Source: a virus
Lineage: Duplodnaviria; Heunggongvirae; Uroviricota; Caudoviricetes
Strand: one strand, 5' to 3'
DNA: 56,181 nt
IMG/VR virus record: IMGVR_UViG_2565956618_000007
Shown here: positions 29,259 to 38,725 of the stretch, piece after piece
Layout of the letters: each line of letters begins with the position of its first letter
How positions within the stretch are numbered: the first letter of the stretch is position 1
The notes under the pieces: model-generated
Seen by the model: only the letters and a program-made list of their open reading frames with translations
What the model was told of the DNA's origin: nothing
The model's database searches: none
Program-made: the position numbers and the translations under genes

Positions 29259-30170
29259 TTATGCCTCCAGCCCGTTAATCTGTGGCGTCGGCTCAGTCAG
29301 CCATGAAGGCGCGACATCGCCTGTTGGCTCGTCCGGCAGGTCAAATGTGGAGCGCAGGCTACGCGCTGTGCTTTCCAGTTGACAGACCAGGCCTGCCATG
29401 AAGTCTCTGGGGGTATCAATCATGTTTTCAGCACAATATGCGCACAGTGTCTCAAAAGCGCTGGACAGTCGAACGGCGATGGCAGATTCCGCCTCAACCG
29501 CTAATGCTGTCACTTCCGCCCGCAGCTTCTTAACCTCCTCATCAGGCTCAGGCAGCTGAATACGGGATTTCTTTTCCAGTCTGGTAGAGAGAGAATCAAT
29601 TTTTTCATTTTTATCGGCGAGTACGCGCTGTTGTGCTGCGTTGGTTTCGCGCGCTTCGCGCAGGGCCTGGCGAAGTTCGCGTACTGACATGCGATCAACG
29701 TCGTCAAGCGTCAGGCCGGCAACTGTGCCGCCGTCGGCCAGTTCGGCAAGCTCTTCGTCGTCTTCTGTCATTAATTCGAAAAGTTTGGCTTTTCCCAAAT
29801 GTGCCAACGTTGGCACATTTGGTTTCAGCGCCGGGGATAAGTATTTTGTCGATGCTTGCATCATTCTCACAGATGTCCGGTATGCCAGCCCCAACTCACT
29901 TTCAAGAATCTTTATAAACTCCCCGTGTGGTTCATTTTCCTTAAGGATTATCAGCCGCTTACCTGCCTCCAGCATGGCCTCAGCGCTCTGTGCCATATAA
30001 AAGCGTGCCTCATGGACAACACGATCGCGCTCATAAGGCAGACCATCGCCGAACTGTTGCATGATTTCCATGCGATGCTGTGTCATGGCGTTTAGACTGA
30101 CATTGAGATCATCCGACAGCGGTACCTCGACGTTCAGTTCAGTGCTAACCGGTGATTTGGTGCGTCCCAT
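29259..30170 (-). CDS. Hypothetical early protein (DUF3102-like)
   Basis: 303-aa ORF between ner-proximal regulators and the transposase. Confidence 0.55.
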   Translation of the reverse strand: MGRTKSPVSTELNVEVPLSDDLNVSLNAMTQHRMEIMQQFGDGLPYERDRVVHEARFYMAQSAEAMLEAGKRLIILKENEPHGEFIKILESELGLAYRTSVRMMQASTKYLSPALKPNVPTLAHLGKAKLFELMTEDDEELAELADGGTVAGLTLDDVDRMSVRELRQALREARETNAAQQRVLADKNEKIDSLSTRLEKKSRIQLPEPDEEVKKLRAEVTALAVEAESAIAVRLSSAFETLCAYCAENMIDTPRDFMAGLVCQLESTARSLRSTFDLPDEPTGDVAPSWLTEPTPQINGLEA

Positions 30171-30180
30171 TGATTACTCC

Positions 30181-30489
30181 TTACAAACGACTACCTGAAA
30201 TAACACGTTGGTTGATTTCGTTAATGCGATCCTGTGCACGTGCCATCTCGTTACTGTGGGCCATGGCGATCTGCAGCAACTGGATGCCTGGTGCGAAACG
30301 CCCGTTTTCTAGTTTCAGAGCCAACCCTTCTTCAATGAGCGTGTTAAGTGCCCGGTTGATGTTTGCCGGTGATTCGTGCAGTGCAACCGCTAGTTCCCCG
30401 TTAGAAACACCGTTCAAAGCGTGGCCACGTAAGGCCTTAAGAACGCGCAAAATACGGATACCTGAGCTTGATGTATTTGGTTTATTCAT
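30181..30489 (-). CDS. Winged-helix DNA-binding protein
   Basis: 102-aa ORF; GVSNGELAVALHESPANINRALNTLIEEGLA resembles IclR/MarR-type wHTH. Confidence 0.55.
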   Translation of the reverse strand: MNKPNTSSSGIRILRVLKALRGHALNGVSNGELAVALHESPANINRALNTLIEEGLALKLENGRFAPGIQLLQIAMAHSNEMARAQDRINEINQRVISGSRL

Positions 30490-30716
30490 GACGCCTCCTT
30501 AAGGATACCGGGGGTAACTTCTTTACCTATTGCAACCGATAGATCTCGCAAAATCCGATAAGTCAAACGACCGCGAGGTAGTTCACTTTTACCAGCCCAG
30601 CGACTGACTGCCTGGGTGACTGTTCGTGGTTCATAGCCCGCGTTAAGCGCGAACTGGCGCAAGCTACTGCCTCGTTCAACCAGCCGTGCCCGAACTTGTT
30701 GTTTGTTCATATGCAC
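30486..30716 (-). CDS. ner: Ner-like DNA-binding protein (Ner/Nlp family)
   Basis: 76-aa product, first gene of the leftward operon, divergent from the repressor; …SLRQFALNAGYEPRTVTQAVSRW… follows the Ner HTH pattern. Confidence 0.65.
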   Translation of the reverse strand: MHMNKQQVRARLVERGSSLRQFALNAGYEPRTVTQAVSRWAGKSELPRGRLTYRILRDLSVAIGKEVTPGILKEAS

Positions 30717-30798
30717 CGTGTTCCTGTTAGGTTATGATGTACTCTATTGGGTCTATTGTACACACCCAAATGAGTGTGTCAAATTGAGATATGTTCAA
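30717..30798. promoter_or_regulatory. Divergent promoter/operator region between ner and repressor; near-palindrome CACACCC-N4-GAGTGTG
   Basis: 82-bp intergenic region between divergent regulator genes; imperfect inverted repeat at about 30763-30780; promoters not mapped. Confidence 0.45.
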
Positions 30799-31206
30799 AT
30801 GAGTACAAAAGAGAGATTGCGTGAAGTGATGGATGCTAATGGCATGACAATAAAGGCATTATCTGACTTATCAAAAATTCCATATCGCTCACTTCAAAAC
30901 TATTTGCGTGGAGAGAGAGAACCAAACGCAGAGGCTCTTGTTGCGCTAAGTACCCATTTGGGTGTATCAATCGATTGGCTACTTACCGGTAAAGAACATA
31001 TTCCATCTAAAGAAATTGTTGCTGTACCAACACAACATCAATTCAGCCCGTCAGACCTTAAAATGCTTGAACTTCTAAACCAGTTAGATCCTGAGGTTCG
31101 GCGAGATCTCATGCGAGGCGCTGAAGAAAAACAGCGTGTGATTGAGATGGAAAAACAACTGAAGGAATTATCCGCAACGATTGAGCGGTTAAAAAATGTG
31201 GGTTAA
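30799..31206 (+). CDS. XRE-family HTH repressor of the Mu-like prophage (c-repressor analogue)
   Basis: 135-aa product from MSTKERLREVMDANGMTIKALSDLSKIPYRSLQNYLRG…; HTH_XRE N-terminus, coiled-coil C-terminus; divergent from ner. Confidence 0.75.
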   Translation: MSTKERLREVMDANGMTIKALSDLSKIPYRSLQNYLRGEREPNAEALVALSTHLGVSIDWLLTGKEHIPSKEIVAVPTQHQFSPSDLKMLELLNQLDPEVRRDLMRGAEEKQRVIEMEKQLKELSATIERLKNVG

Positions 31207-31276
31207 TGTGTTCCTAACGAGAACATATAGCAGAAATTATTTGCCATTAAGCAATAAAAAATAAGGTGGATAGCCA

Positions 31277-32284
31277 ATGTCTGAGCAGACCATTGAAGTT
31301 AAACACGTTGTAGTTCACATTTTAGACAAACAACAAAATGGAGACGCTTCTGAGAGATTGAGTCCTGAAGAAGGTCTAGTTACTGAAGCCTCTCAGCGCC
31401 TTATAAACGATATTTGTGCAAAATATGCAGGACGCACAGGTAAAGGTTATGGCTATTTTGAAGGCGATACGGATAACTATCCTATGGAACGAATGGCTGG
31501 GGACTTTCTCGAAGGTGTTGATGATTTCTACCAAAGTTCCTGCCGAATGATGCATCACCTGACGGAACGTTCTCAGCGAGAAAACATGGCTACTGGTGGT
31601 TATGTTCTTTTTGCAAATATCGTGATAGGACACAATGAACACCTGTTGATAGCTATTGTAAGCGCTACCATTGGGTCCACTGTCACAGATGATTTTAACA
31701 TCCAAGATAGTACCTATCTTGATATTGCTAAGCTGCGTATGGCTGGGCGCATTGACTTAACCGCGTGGGAAAGTGGCGCAGAGCGCTATATCAGTTTTCT
31801 TAAGGGGCAAGGTAATGTTTCAAACTATTTTAAACAGTTCCTAGGCTGTAATGATGTCTTAATCGCCAAACGAGAGTCTGAAAAGTTACGTGACGTTTTA
31901 AAAGCATTTGCGGCAGAGAAAGGACTTGACGGCGCTGAAAAAGATGCATTTCTTAAGAGTGCGTTTGAACACTTACATGCACTAAGTAAGGCTGGTGAAC
32001 CACTTAGTCTTGAAACCCTTGTTAATGCCATTTGGCCCCAGGCTCCCGAGGAGTTATCTGGTAAACTTGCTGCTGAAGAGTTGGAGTTATCGGATGGCTT
32101 CGTTCCTGATGGTCGAGTCATTCGGGCTCTGGTATCTTTTAAAGGCAAGTCTAAATATTGGGAACTTAAGTTTGACCGGGAAGGGAAAACTGAAGGCTAT
32201 ATTGATTATGATCCGGAAACAAATATTATCACCCTACGTAATGTACCTGAAGAATTTAGGGAAATGTGGATGACTGAGGTTTAA
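31277..32284 (+). CDS. NdpA/YejK-family nucleoid-associated-protein homologue; first gene of repressor-linked accessory module
   Basis: 335-aa product; GGYVLFANIVIGHNEHLLIAIV and RIDLTAWESGAERYISFLKGQGNVSNYFKQFLGCNDVL align with remembered E. coli YejK; AT-richer than flanks. Confidence 0.85.
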   Translation: MSEQTIEVKHVVVHILDKQQNGDASERLSPEEGLVTEASQRLINDICAKYAGRTGKGYGYFEGDTDNYPMERMAGDFLEGVDDFYQSSCRMMHHLTERSQRENMATGGYVLFANIVIGHNEHLLIAIVSATIGSTVTDDFNIQDSTYLDIAKLRMAGRIDLTAWESGAERYISFLKGQGNVSNYFKQFLGCNDVLIAKRESEKLRDVLKAFAAEKGLDGAEKDAFLKSAFEHLHALSKAGEPLSLETLVNAIWPQAPEELSGKLAAEELELSDGFVPDGRVIRALVSFKGKSKYWELKFDREGKTEGYIDYDPETNIITLRNVPEEFREMWMTEV

Positions 32285-32286
32285 TC

Positions 32287-33492
32287 GTGGCGATTTCATT
32301 TGAGATGCTGACAGCTCTGTATCGTCGTATGGAATTCCAAGAGGGGTTTCGTGTCGGTTCGCTGTTGCTCTTAGATCAGTCCGATTGTGATCTGGTTGAT
32401 ACTTTGCTTGATGATCCTCGTGAATATGGTCTTTCTATTGATACAGGCACTATCGCTCCAGGTAACACGATCATCCTACGTGTGACGTCACCACGGAGTG
32501 GACTGGGACTTGTGTTTTCCACCCATGAAAAATTGCTAAATGCTCCAAAGCATCAGTGCCTTGAGCCAGCTAATTACTTCATCCTAGAAACAAAATTTCG
32601 TAATGATGATGAAGATATCCCCGTTTTCATCAGCAACTACCGGAAGATTCTCGAGTTCGTTAACCTGCTAAAAGAGGCCGCGGCCTACTTTGATAACTCA
32701 ACTTGTCAGTTAGTTTTTCTGAAAAAAGAAGTTATCAAGCTATTACCGCACTTCGCTGCAGAAAATGTACAAAATTTGCAAAGGGAGTATCTTGATAACC
32801 TTATAGCTTGTTTCAATGATGATACCCATAAGGATCAGAAGCTAGATATTCTGATTGAAAGTATTCAAGCAGTTAGTGATGGAATTGATTCACCTCTAGT
32901 ATTCGCTTATTTACTGGACAATATTCAGCGTCTGCATGAAAAGTTTCTGAAAGGGTATCGTATCTACTCTTCTGGATTCTCTTATGACAAAGTAATGGAT
33001 CAACTGCGTGCTGCAAAAGTCGAAGAAATGGGTAAAATCCACAAAGCGTTTTCAGATATCCAGAACCATATACTTGGCATTCCTGTTGCCTCTGTTATCG
33101 TAGCTACCCAATTCAAAGTGGCTACGAAATGGTCAGGCCAAGGGATAACAAACACAATAATTCTTCTGGGATGCATTTTTGCTGCAACGTTAATCTGGCT
33201 GGCACTTTCGAACCAGATGCAATCTATAAAGGCCTTAGGCGAAGAAATTGAATACAAAGAAAAACAGATTAATAAGGAATATTCCTTCATTAAAGATGAC
33301 GTGGCTGGTGTATTTAGCAGTATTTCTGCGCGACTAGACACGCAGAAACGTACGTTCTGGATTATACGTGGTGTTCTAGTTATGGGAATTATTACCGCTA
33401 TCACTGTTTATTTTTGGTACACAAAACCAGCCCTTGACTTCATGCAGTACTTGATTCACTGCATGAAGTCTTACTATTCGGTCAAAAGTTGA
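32287..33492 (+). CDS. Protein with soluble N-terminal domain and two C-terminal TM helices; second gene of accessory module (candidate membrane effector)
   Basis: GTG start 2 nt after the upstream stop (alternative ATG at 32305); hydrophobic segments ITNTIILLGCIFAATLIWLALS and TFWIIRGVLVMGIITAITVYFWY; no family recognised. Confidence 0.8.
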   Translation: MAISFEMLTALYRRMEFQEGFRVGSLLLLDQSDCDLVDTLLDDPREYGLSIDTGTIAPGNTIILRVTSPRSGLGLVFSTHEKLLNAPKHQCLEPANYFILETKFRNDDEDIPVFISNYRKILEFVNLLKEAAAYFDNSTCQLVFLKKEVIKLLPHFAAENVQNLQREYLDNLIACFNDDTHKDQKLDILIESIQAVSDGIDSPLVFAYLLDNIQRLHEKFLKGYRIYSSGFSYDKVMDQLRAAKVEEMGKIHKAFSDIQNHILGIPVASVIVATQFKVATKWSGQGITNTIILLGCIFAATLIWLALSNQMQSIKALGEEIEYKEKQINKEYSFIKDDVAGVFSSISARLDTQKRTFWIIRGVLVMGIITAITVYFWYTKPALDFMQYLIHCMKSYYSVKS

Positions 33493-34252
33493 GGATAATG
33501 AGTTCCTTCTTGCGACTGGATTTGCCAGTGATCTTGAGGTTGTAGCTGATATCAACCGACTGAATATTTAGACCGTTGAATGCCTGCCGCATTTCCGGGA
33601 TATCGTTCACCGATATAATCATCTTCCCTTTGATCCTGCGTGCTAAATCTGCCATATGATCATAATTTTCTAGTCCGAACTCCACACCATAACCTTCCGT
33701 TCCCCAGTATGGAGGGTCACAGTAGAACAACGTATGCGGGCGATCATATCGTTCTATGCACTGTTGCCAGTCCATGTGTTCTATGACCGTTCTGGAAAGC
33801 CGCAGGTGTGCCGCTGACAGTTCTTCTTCAATACGCAGCAGGTTGAAGCGTGGCGGGGATATGGTGGAGGTACCAAAGCTGTGCTCCGCCACCTTGCCCC
33901 CAAACGCCTGCTTCTGAAGGTAGTAGAACCGTGCTGCACGCTGGATATCCGTCAGTGTTTCTTCCGGGGTGATCTGCAGCCATTTGTAGATCTGCCGGCT
34001 GACCAGCGCCCATTTGAACTGGCGTACAAATTCTTCCAGATGATGTTTTACCACCCGATACAGGTTCACCAGCTCACCGTTGATATCATTAATGACTTCG
34101 ATCTTGCCGGGTACCTTAAGAAAATAGAGCGCTGCTGCCCCACAAAACGGCTCCACATAACATTCATGCGCCGGAAACAGCGGCAGGATGTGTTTTGCAA
34201 GGCGGCGTTTGCCACCAATCCATGGAACGATGGGTAATGTCTGCATTTTCAT
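33482..34252 (-). CDS. dam: DNA N6-adenine methyltransferase (Dam-like)
   Basis: 256-aa product with FCGAAALYF (SAM-binding motif I) and DPPY catalytic motif; convergent with the accessory module, overlapping by 11 nt. Confidence 0.85.
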   Translation of the reverse strand: MKMQTLPIVPWIGGKRRLAKHILPLFPAHECYVEPFCGAAALYFLKVPGKIEVINDINGELVNLYRVVKHHLEEFVRQFKWALVSRQIYKWLQITPEETLTDIQRAARFYYLQKQAFGGKVAEHSFGTSTISPPRFNLLRIEEELSAAHLRLSRTVIEHMDWQQCIERYDRPHTLFYCDPPYWGTEGYGVEFGLENYDHMADLARRIKGKMIISVNDIPEMRQAFNGLNIQSVDISYNLKITGKSSRKKELIILNF

Positions 34253-34499
34253 AATCTGTAAGCCTTTTACAATTATAAAAAATATGGCAGGCTAGTCTGG
34301 TCTCGCGAGACTGACTGAACCTTGGTCGGCTCACAGCGCATTCCTGTGGGGCGATGGCCAGCCCGGTGTTCGGGTACCGGGCTGGTCGTTCTTTCAAAGC
34401 CATCATGCAGTGCACGTTTACATCTTCACTATTAACGCTGTTTAAAATCCGTATCCCGCCACATTTGTGATGCTGTCTCCACCAAACGAGGAGACACAC

Positions 34500-34850
34500 A
34501 TGAAAAACCTGAAAAAATTCATTCCCCCTGTTAAAAAACCTCGCCTCAGCGGCTGGCTGCTGACCTCAGTGCTGTTGCTGGGCATCATCGCTCTGGTCTC
34601 GCCACAGCAGTTGCCTGTTGTGATCTACAAGCTGGCACTCATCACGCTGGCAGCAGTGCTGGGGTACTGGCTTGACCGTTCGCTCTTCCCCAAAGCCCGT
34701 CCCGGTCAGTACCTGAAACATGAAGACAGGCTGATGGCTGAAGGGCGTTTCCCTGTGCAGACCGGCCTTCACCTTGTATTTTCTGCTGCGTTAATCCGCC
34801 GTGCACTGATTGTTGCAGCTGTCTGTCTGGCTGTTGCGATGGGGCTTTAA
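34500..34850 (+). CDS. Holin-like membrane protein (three TM segments), first gene of lysis cassette
   Basis: 116-aa product from MKNLKKFIPP with RBS GAGGAG; three hydrophobic helices; immediately upstream of the transglycosylase. Confidence 0.6.
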   Translation: MKNLKKFIPPVKKPRLSGWLLTSVLLLGIIALVSPQQLPVVIYKLALITLAAVLGYWLDRSLFPKARPGQYLKHEDRLMAEGRFPVQTGLHLVFSAALIRRALIVAAVCLAVAMGL

Positions 34851-34852
34851 TC

Positions 34853-35593
34853 ATGAACTGGCCGCAGATCACCTGGATTGTATGCATGTCCCTGAAACTG
34901 GCTTTCGAAGCCTTTCGGGTCTTCATCAGAACCGAACGCCTGTCAGTCCGCGCCGGGACCTTTCTGGTTCATATGGCATGGGTATTCTTTGTCGCAATGT
35001 TGCTCTGGTGTGGCGGCTTTTTCAGCCAGGCATGCGCAGCGCAGCCTCCGCAGGTTGCGCTGCAGTATCGCGATGATGTGATCCGTAATGCCCGGCTTGA
35101 ATGGGGACTGTCTGCGCCGGTGGCCGACTTCGCCGCGCAGCTGCATCAGGAAAGCGGCTGGCGACCTGATGCGGTCTCGCCGGCTGGCGCTCAGGGACTG
35201 GCGCAGTTTATGCCCACCACCGCTGACTGGATAAGTCAGCTGATGCCGGGGCTTAACAGCCGTGAACCGTTTAATCCGGCGTGGGCCATCCGGGCGCTGG
35301 TCAGCTATGACCGCTGGCTGTGGCAACGCGTCAGCGCCGCCAGTGACTGCGAGCGTATGGCCATGACGCTGTCAGGCTATAACGGTGGTCTGGGCTGGGT
35401 ACAGCGGGACAAACGGCTGGCCTCGCAGCAGGGGCTGGACAGCACCCGCTGGTTCGGACATGTCGCCACGGTGAATGCCGGACGCAATGCGGCCAGCTGG
35501 CGGGAGAACCGCCATTATCCGCAGCGCATCCTGCGCGAACTGGCACCGCGATATCTCACATGGGGAGGCAGCAGTTGTGTGGCATCTGGTTAA
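34853..35593 (+). CDS. Endolysin, lytic transglycosylase (SLT domain); possible N-terminal signal/SAR segment
   Basis: SLT motif …ESGWRPDAVSPAGAQGLAQFMP…; internal Met MAWVFFVAMLLWCGGFFSQACA↓AQ resembles a signal peptide, so the true start may be 34973. Confidence 0.8.
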   Translation: MNWPQITWIVCMSLKLAFEAFRVFIRTERLSVRAGTFLVHMAWVFFVAMLLWCGGFFSQACAAQPPQVALQYRDDVIRNARLEWGLSAPVADFAAQLHQESGWRPDAVSPAGAQGLAQFMPTTADWISQLMPGLNSREPFNPAWAIRALVSYDRWLWQRVSAASDCERMAMTLSGYNGGLGWVQRDKRLASQQGLDSTRWFGHVATVNAGRNAASWRENRHYPQRILRELAPRYLTWGGSSCVASG

Positions 35594-36227
35594 AAAGCTG
35601 CCGTGGCGCGGCATTCTGCTGGCCATTCTTATCAATGCCTTTCTGGTCGGCCTGTATGCCATGGGATACAGAAGTGGTCATGACTCTGCAAAGCGTGACG
35701 GTGATACCGCGCTCAGTCAGTTGCAGTCAGCGTTCGACACGTACAAAACGGAGCAGGCAACGCTTGAGAATGCTGCGCTGCGGGCCTGGGCCAGACGGTA
35801 TCAGGAGCAGGTGGCCGCCGGGCAGCGGGCTGAAGCCGGTTATCTTGAGCAGATTGCTCAACTGGAGAGCCGGAATAAACAACTACAGGGGCAAATTAAC
35901 GATGTCACACAGCGCTGGATTGATGAAAAAGGTAAGAGCCATCCCATTGAGTGCGTGTTTACTCGCGGTTTCGTGCGCCAGTACAACGCCGCACTCGGAT
36001 ATGACAACGCATCCGTCGACACCGGTCATTCAGACTCAGTTGCCGCCGCTGGCACCCGCTCTGGCACAGCGACCGGGCAACCTGAAACCACTGACACCCG
36101 GTTACGCGATTCGGGTGTCTCCCAGCGTGACGTTCTCGCCAACATCATCGACAACGCAGGACAATGTCGTCGCTGGCGGAACCAGATAAACGCGTTACTG
36201 GATGAACGGGAAGGATTACAGAAATGA
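35577..36227 (+). CDS. i-spanin (Rz-like), GTG start
   Basis: RBS GGGGAGG then GTG; N-terminal TM helix ILLAILINAFLVGLYAM, coiled-coil-like periplasmic region; contains the embedded o-spanin. Confidence 0.65.
   Translation: MWHLVKKLPWRGILLAILINAFLVGLYAMGYRSGHDSAKRDGDTALSQLQSAFDTYKTEQATLENAALRAWARRYQEQVAAGQRAEAGYLEQIAQLESRNKQLQGQINDVTQRWIDEKGKSHPIECVFTRGFVRQYNAALGYDNASVDTGHSDSVAAAGTRSGTATGQPETTDTRLRDSGVSQRDVLANIIDNAGQCRRWRNQINALLDEREGLQK
35923..36189 (+). CDS. o-spanin (Rz1-like lipoprotein) embedded in the i-spanin gene
   Basis: 88-aa product MKKVRAIPLSACLLAVSCASTTP… with lipobox LAVSC and Pro/Thr/Ser-rich mature region, in a different frame from the i-spanin. Confidence 0.65.
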   Translation: MKKVRAIPLSACLLAVSCASTTPHSDMTTHPSTPVIQTQLPPLAPALAQRPGNLKPLTPGYAIRVSPSVTFSPTSSTTQDNVVAGGTR

Positions 36228-36550
36228 CACTGCAGGTTGAATTCTGGACGGTGGTGAGTTTTCTGCTCACCTTCATGGGGTTTGTGGGAGGGCTCGCCAA
36301 ATGGTTGTTCAGTAAAACAGAAGAACGCCAGGCGGCACGATTCGCCTCCCTTGAACAGGCCCTGCAACAATCCGCCTCCAACTGGGGCGAGCTGGAAAAA
36401 GAATTTATGCGATTTAAAGCGGATTTACCGCTGAATTATGTCCGTCGAGAGGATTATATCCGTGGCCAGACAGTCATTGAGGCCAAACTGGACGCGCTTT
36501 ATAACAAACTGGAAGTGGTACAGCAGTACCGCAATACCGGAGGTCAATAA
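36224..36550 (+). CDS. Membrane-anchored hypothetical protein (N-terminal TM)
   Basis: 108-aa ORF overlapping the spanin stop; one N-terminal hydrophobic helix. Confidence 0.55.
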   Translation: MTLQVEFWTVVSFLLTFMGFVGGLAKWLFSKTEERQAARFASLEQALQQSASNWGELEKEFMRFKADLPLNYVRREDYIRGQTVIEAKLDALYNKLEVVQQYRNTGGQ

Positions 36551-36861
36551 TGGTCGATATTACCCGGGTACGCCGCGAATCCCTGCGCTGGAGTCTGCTG
36601 GTTGCCCTGAACAAAACCCGCCCTTACACCGCCAGCGAGACGTTGCTGCTGGACGTGTCCCGTGCCATCTACCCGGACACCACGCAACTGGAGCTGCGCC
36701 GGGAGCTTGATTATCTGGCAGATCGCAAAATGGTGGAGCTGGAGAAGAGACCGTCCGGTGACTGGTTTGCCGATCTGAGTCGCCTTGGTGTGGATATTGT
36801 GGAATACACCGTGGAATGCGGCCCGGGTATTGCCCGCCCGGAAAAATACTGGAGTGAGTGA
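36550..36861 (+). CDS. Hypothetical protein upstream of the terminase module
   Basis: 103-aa ORF tightly packed in the late operon. Confidence 0.55.
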   Translation: MVDITRVRRESLRWSLLVALNKTRPYTASETLLLDVSRAIYPDTTQLELRRELDYLADRKMVELEKRPSGDWFADLSRLGVDIVEYTVECGPGIARPEKYWSE

Positions 36862-37412
36862 TTATGGGACGTCGCAGCAGCATTGATTCTCTGCCGACGG
36901 AGGTCCGCCGCTGGCTGGAGCGGGCACTGACGGAGAATAACTTCAGTGGATATGCCCGGCTGGAAGCCCTGCTGAAGGAGAAGGGATACGTCATCACCCG
37001 CTCTTCCCTGCAGCGGTTTGGCTACAAAATGGAGCGACAACTGGCCCGCATCCGCGCCGCCACCGAGGCCGCGCGTCTGATGGCACAGGAAGCCGGTGAC
37101 GAGGCGGACGATCGTTCTGCCGGGATGATGGCACTTATTCAGACCGAGATGCTGGATGTTCTGATGCGTCTGCAGGAAATCGGGGAAAATGATGACCCTG
37201 CAAAACGCGCAAAACTGCTGGCCACTGCTTCGGAAAGTATAGCCACACTGGTACGTGCTTCGGTGACCCACAAGCGATTCCGGGCCGAGGTGCTGGCAAA
37301 AATTGAGGCGCGGATGAATGCTCTGGAAAAACAGGCGAAGTCCGGCGACACCCGCCTGAGTCTGGAAACCCTGAAGATGGTGCGGGAACAGATTTACGGG
37401 GTGATCTCATGA
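36858..37412 (+). CDS. Mu gp27-like protein (DUF3486; terminase small-subunit-like)
   Basis: 184-aa product immediately upstream of the terminase large subunit; N-terminal pattern as remembered for Mu gp27. Confidence 0.65.
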   Translation: MIMGRRSSIDSLPTEVRRWLERALTENNFSGYARLEALLKEKGYVITRSSLQRFGYKMERQLARIRAATEAARLMAQEAGDEADDRSAGMMALIQTEMLDVLMRLQEIGENDDPAKRAKLLATASESIATLVRASVTHKRFRAEVLAKIEARMNALEKQAKSGDTRLSLETLKMVREQIYGVIS

Positions 37413-38725
37413 CAGCAGCCATTCAGCTGTATCCCTACCAGCAGGCGTGGTTTCTGGATCGTGCCCGTTTCAAGATTGGCATGTTTGCCCGCCAGACGGG
37501 CAAGACGTTCACCACCACGCTGGAACTGGTTGATGACTGTTTTGAAACAGAGGCATCAGGGGGACGCACTCGCTGGGTGATCCTATCGCGTGGGGAGCGT
37601 CAGGCAAAAGAAGCCATGGTGGAGGGGGTGAAAAAACACTGCAGCGCCTACCGGATGGCGGCCCGTGAGGTGGAAAGTTATTACCGTGCTGAAAGCGGCG
37701 AACGCTACACCATGCTTGAGGTGGAGTTACCCGGTGGCTCCCGTATCACGGCCCTGCCGGCAAATCCCGACACGGCACGTGGGTTTGCGGCTAACGTCTT
37801 TCTGGATGAGTTCGCCTTCCATGCCGACAGTCGCAAAATCTGGACCGCCCTGTTTCCGGTCATTTCCAACGGCTACAGACTGCGTGTGACATCGACGCCG
37901 AACGGCAAGGGAAACAAGTTTTATGAACTGATGACCAGCAACGCCCTTGAAAATGTCTGGTCACGTCACATCGTGGATATTTACCGTGCCGTGCGCGACG
38001 GCCTTCCGCGTGACATTGCACAGATGCGACAGGCGCTCAACGATGATGACGCCTGGGCACAGGAGTTTGAACTGAAGTGGCTGGATGAGGCATCGGCCTG
38101 GCTGACGTTTGAACTGATTGACGGCGTGGAGCACGATGCTGCCGGACTGCCGGTGCACTATACGGGTGGCCCCTGCTTTGTGGGGGTGGATATTGCTGTC
38201 CGTAATGACCTGTTTGTGATCTGGGTGCTTGAACAGGTGGGGGATGTCTACTGGACCCGGGAAATCATCACCCGTAAACGGGCCACCTTTGCTGAGCAGG
38301 ATGCTTTGCTGGATGACGTATTTTTCCGTTATCGCGTGCTGCGCTGCTGTATGGATCAGACAGGAATGGGGGAAAAGCCTGTGGAAGATGCTCAGGAGCG
38401 CCACGGCAGGAGTCGTGTGGAGGGGGTGATATTTAACAGCCCGAACAAGCTCACCCTCGCGACCCGTGGCAGGGAGATGTTTGAGGACCGCCGCCTGCGT
38501 ATTCCGGCGGGAGATGTGGTACTGCGCAGTGATCTGCATAAACTCCGTAAGATCACCGGACCTACCGGAGCGCCTCGCTTTGTGGCGGAAAGTGATGCAG
38601 CAGGTCACGCCGACCGTACATGGGCCTGTTTTCTGGCTATTAACGCCACTGACGGACCGTCAGGGCCGGTGGTGGCGCGTTCGCGCCGCCGCCGTGAAGC
38701 CGCCCGCATGCTGGAGGGATTCTGA
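37409..38725 (+). CDS. Terminase large subunit (Mu gp28-like)
   Basis: 438-aa product with Walker A-like FARQTGKT and acidic nuclease-type C-terminus; precedes the portal gene. Confidence 0.8.
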   Translation: MTAAIQLYPYQQAWFLDRARFKIGMFARQTGKTFTTTLELVDDCFETEASGGRTRWVILSRGERQAKEAMVEGVKKHCSAYRMAAREVESYYRAESGERYTMLEVELPGGSRITALPANPDTARGFAANVFLDEFAFHADSRKIWTALFPVISNGYRLRVTSTPNGKGNKFYELMTSNALENVWSRHIVDIYRAVRDGLPRDIAQMRQALNDDDAWAQEFELKWLDEASAWLTFELIDGVEHDAAGLPVHYTGGPCFVGVDIAVRNDLFVIWVLEQVGDVYWTREIITRKRATFAEQDALLDDVFFRYRVLRCCMDQTGMGEKPVEDAQERHGRSRVEGVIFNSPNKLTLATRGREMFEDRRLRIPAGDVVLRSDLHKLRKITGPTGAPRFVAESDAAGHADRTWACFLAINATDGPSGPVVARSRRRREAARMLEGF

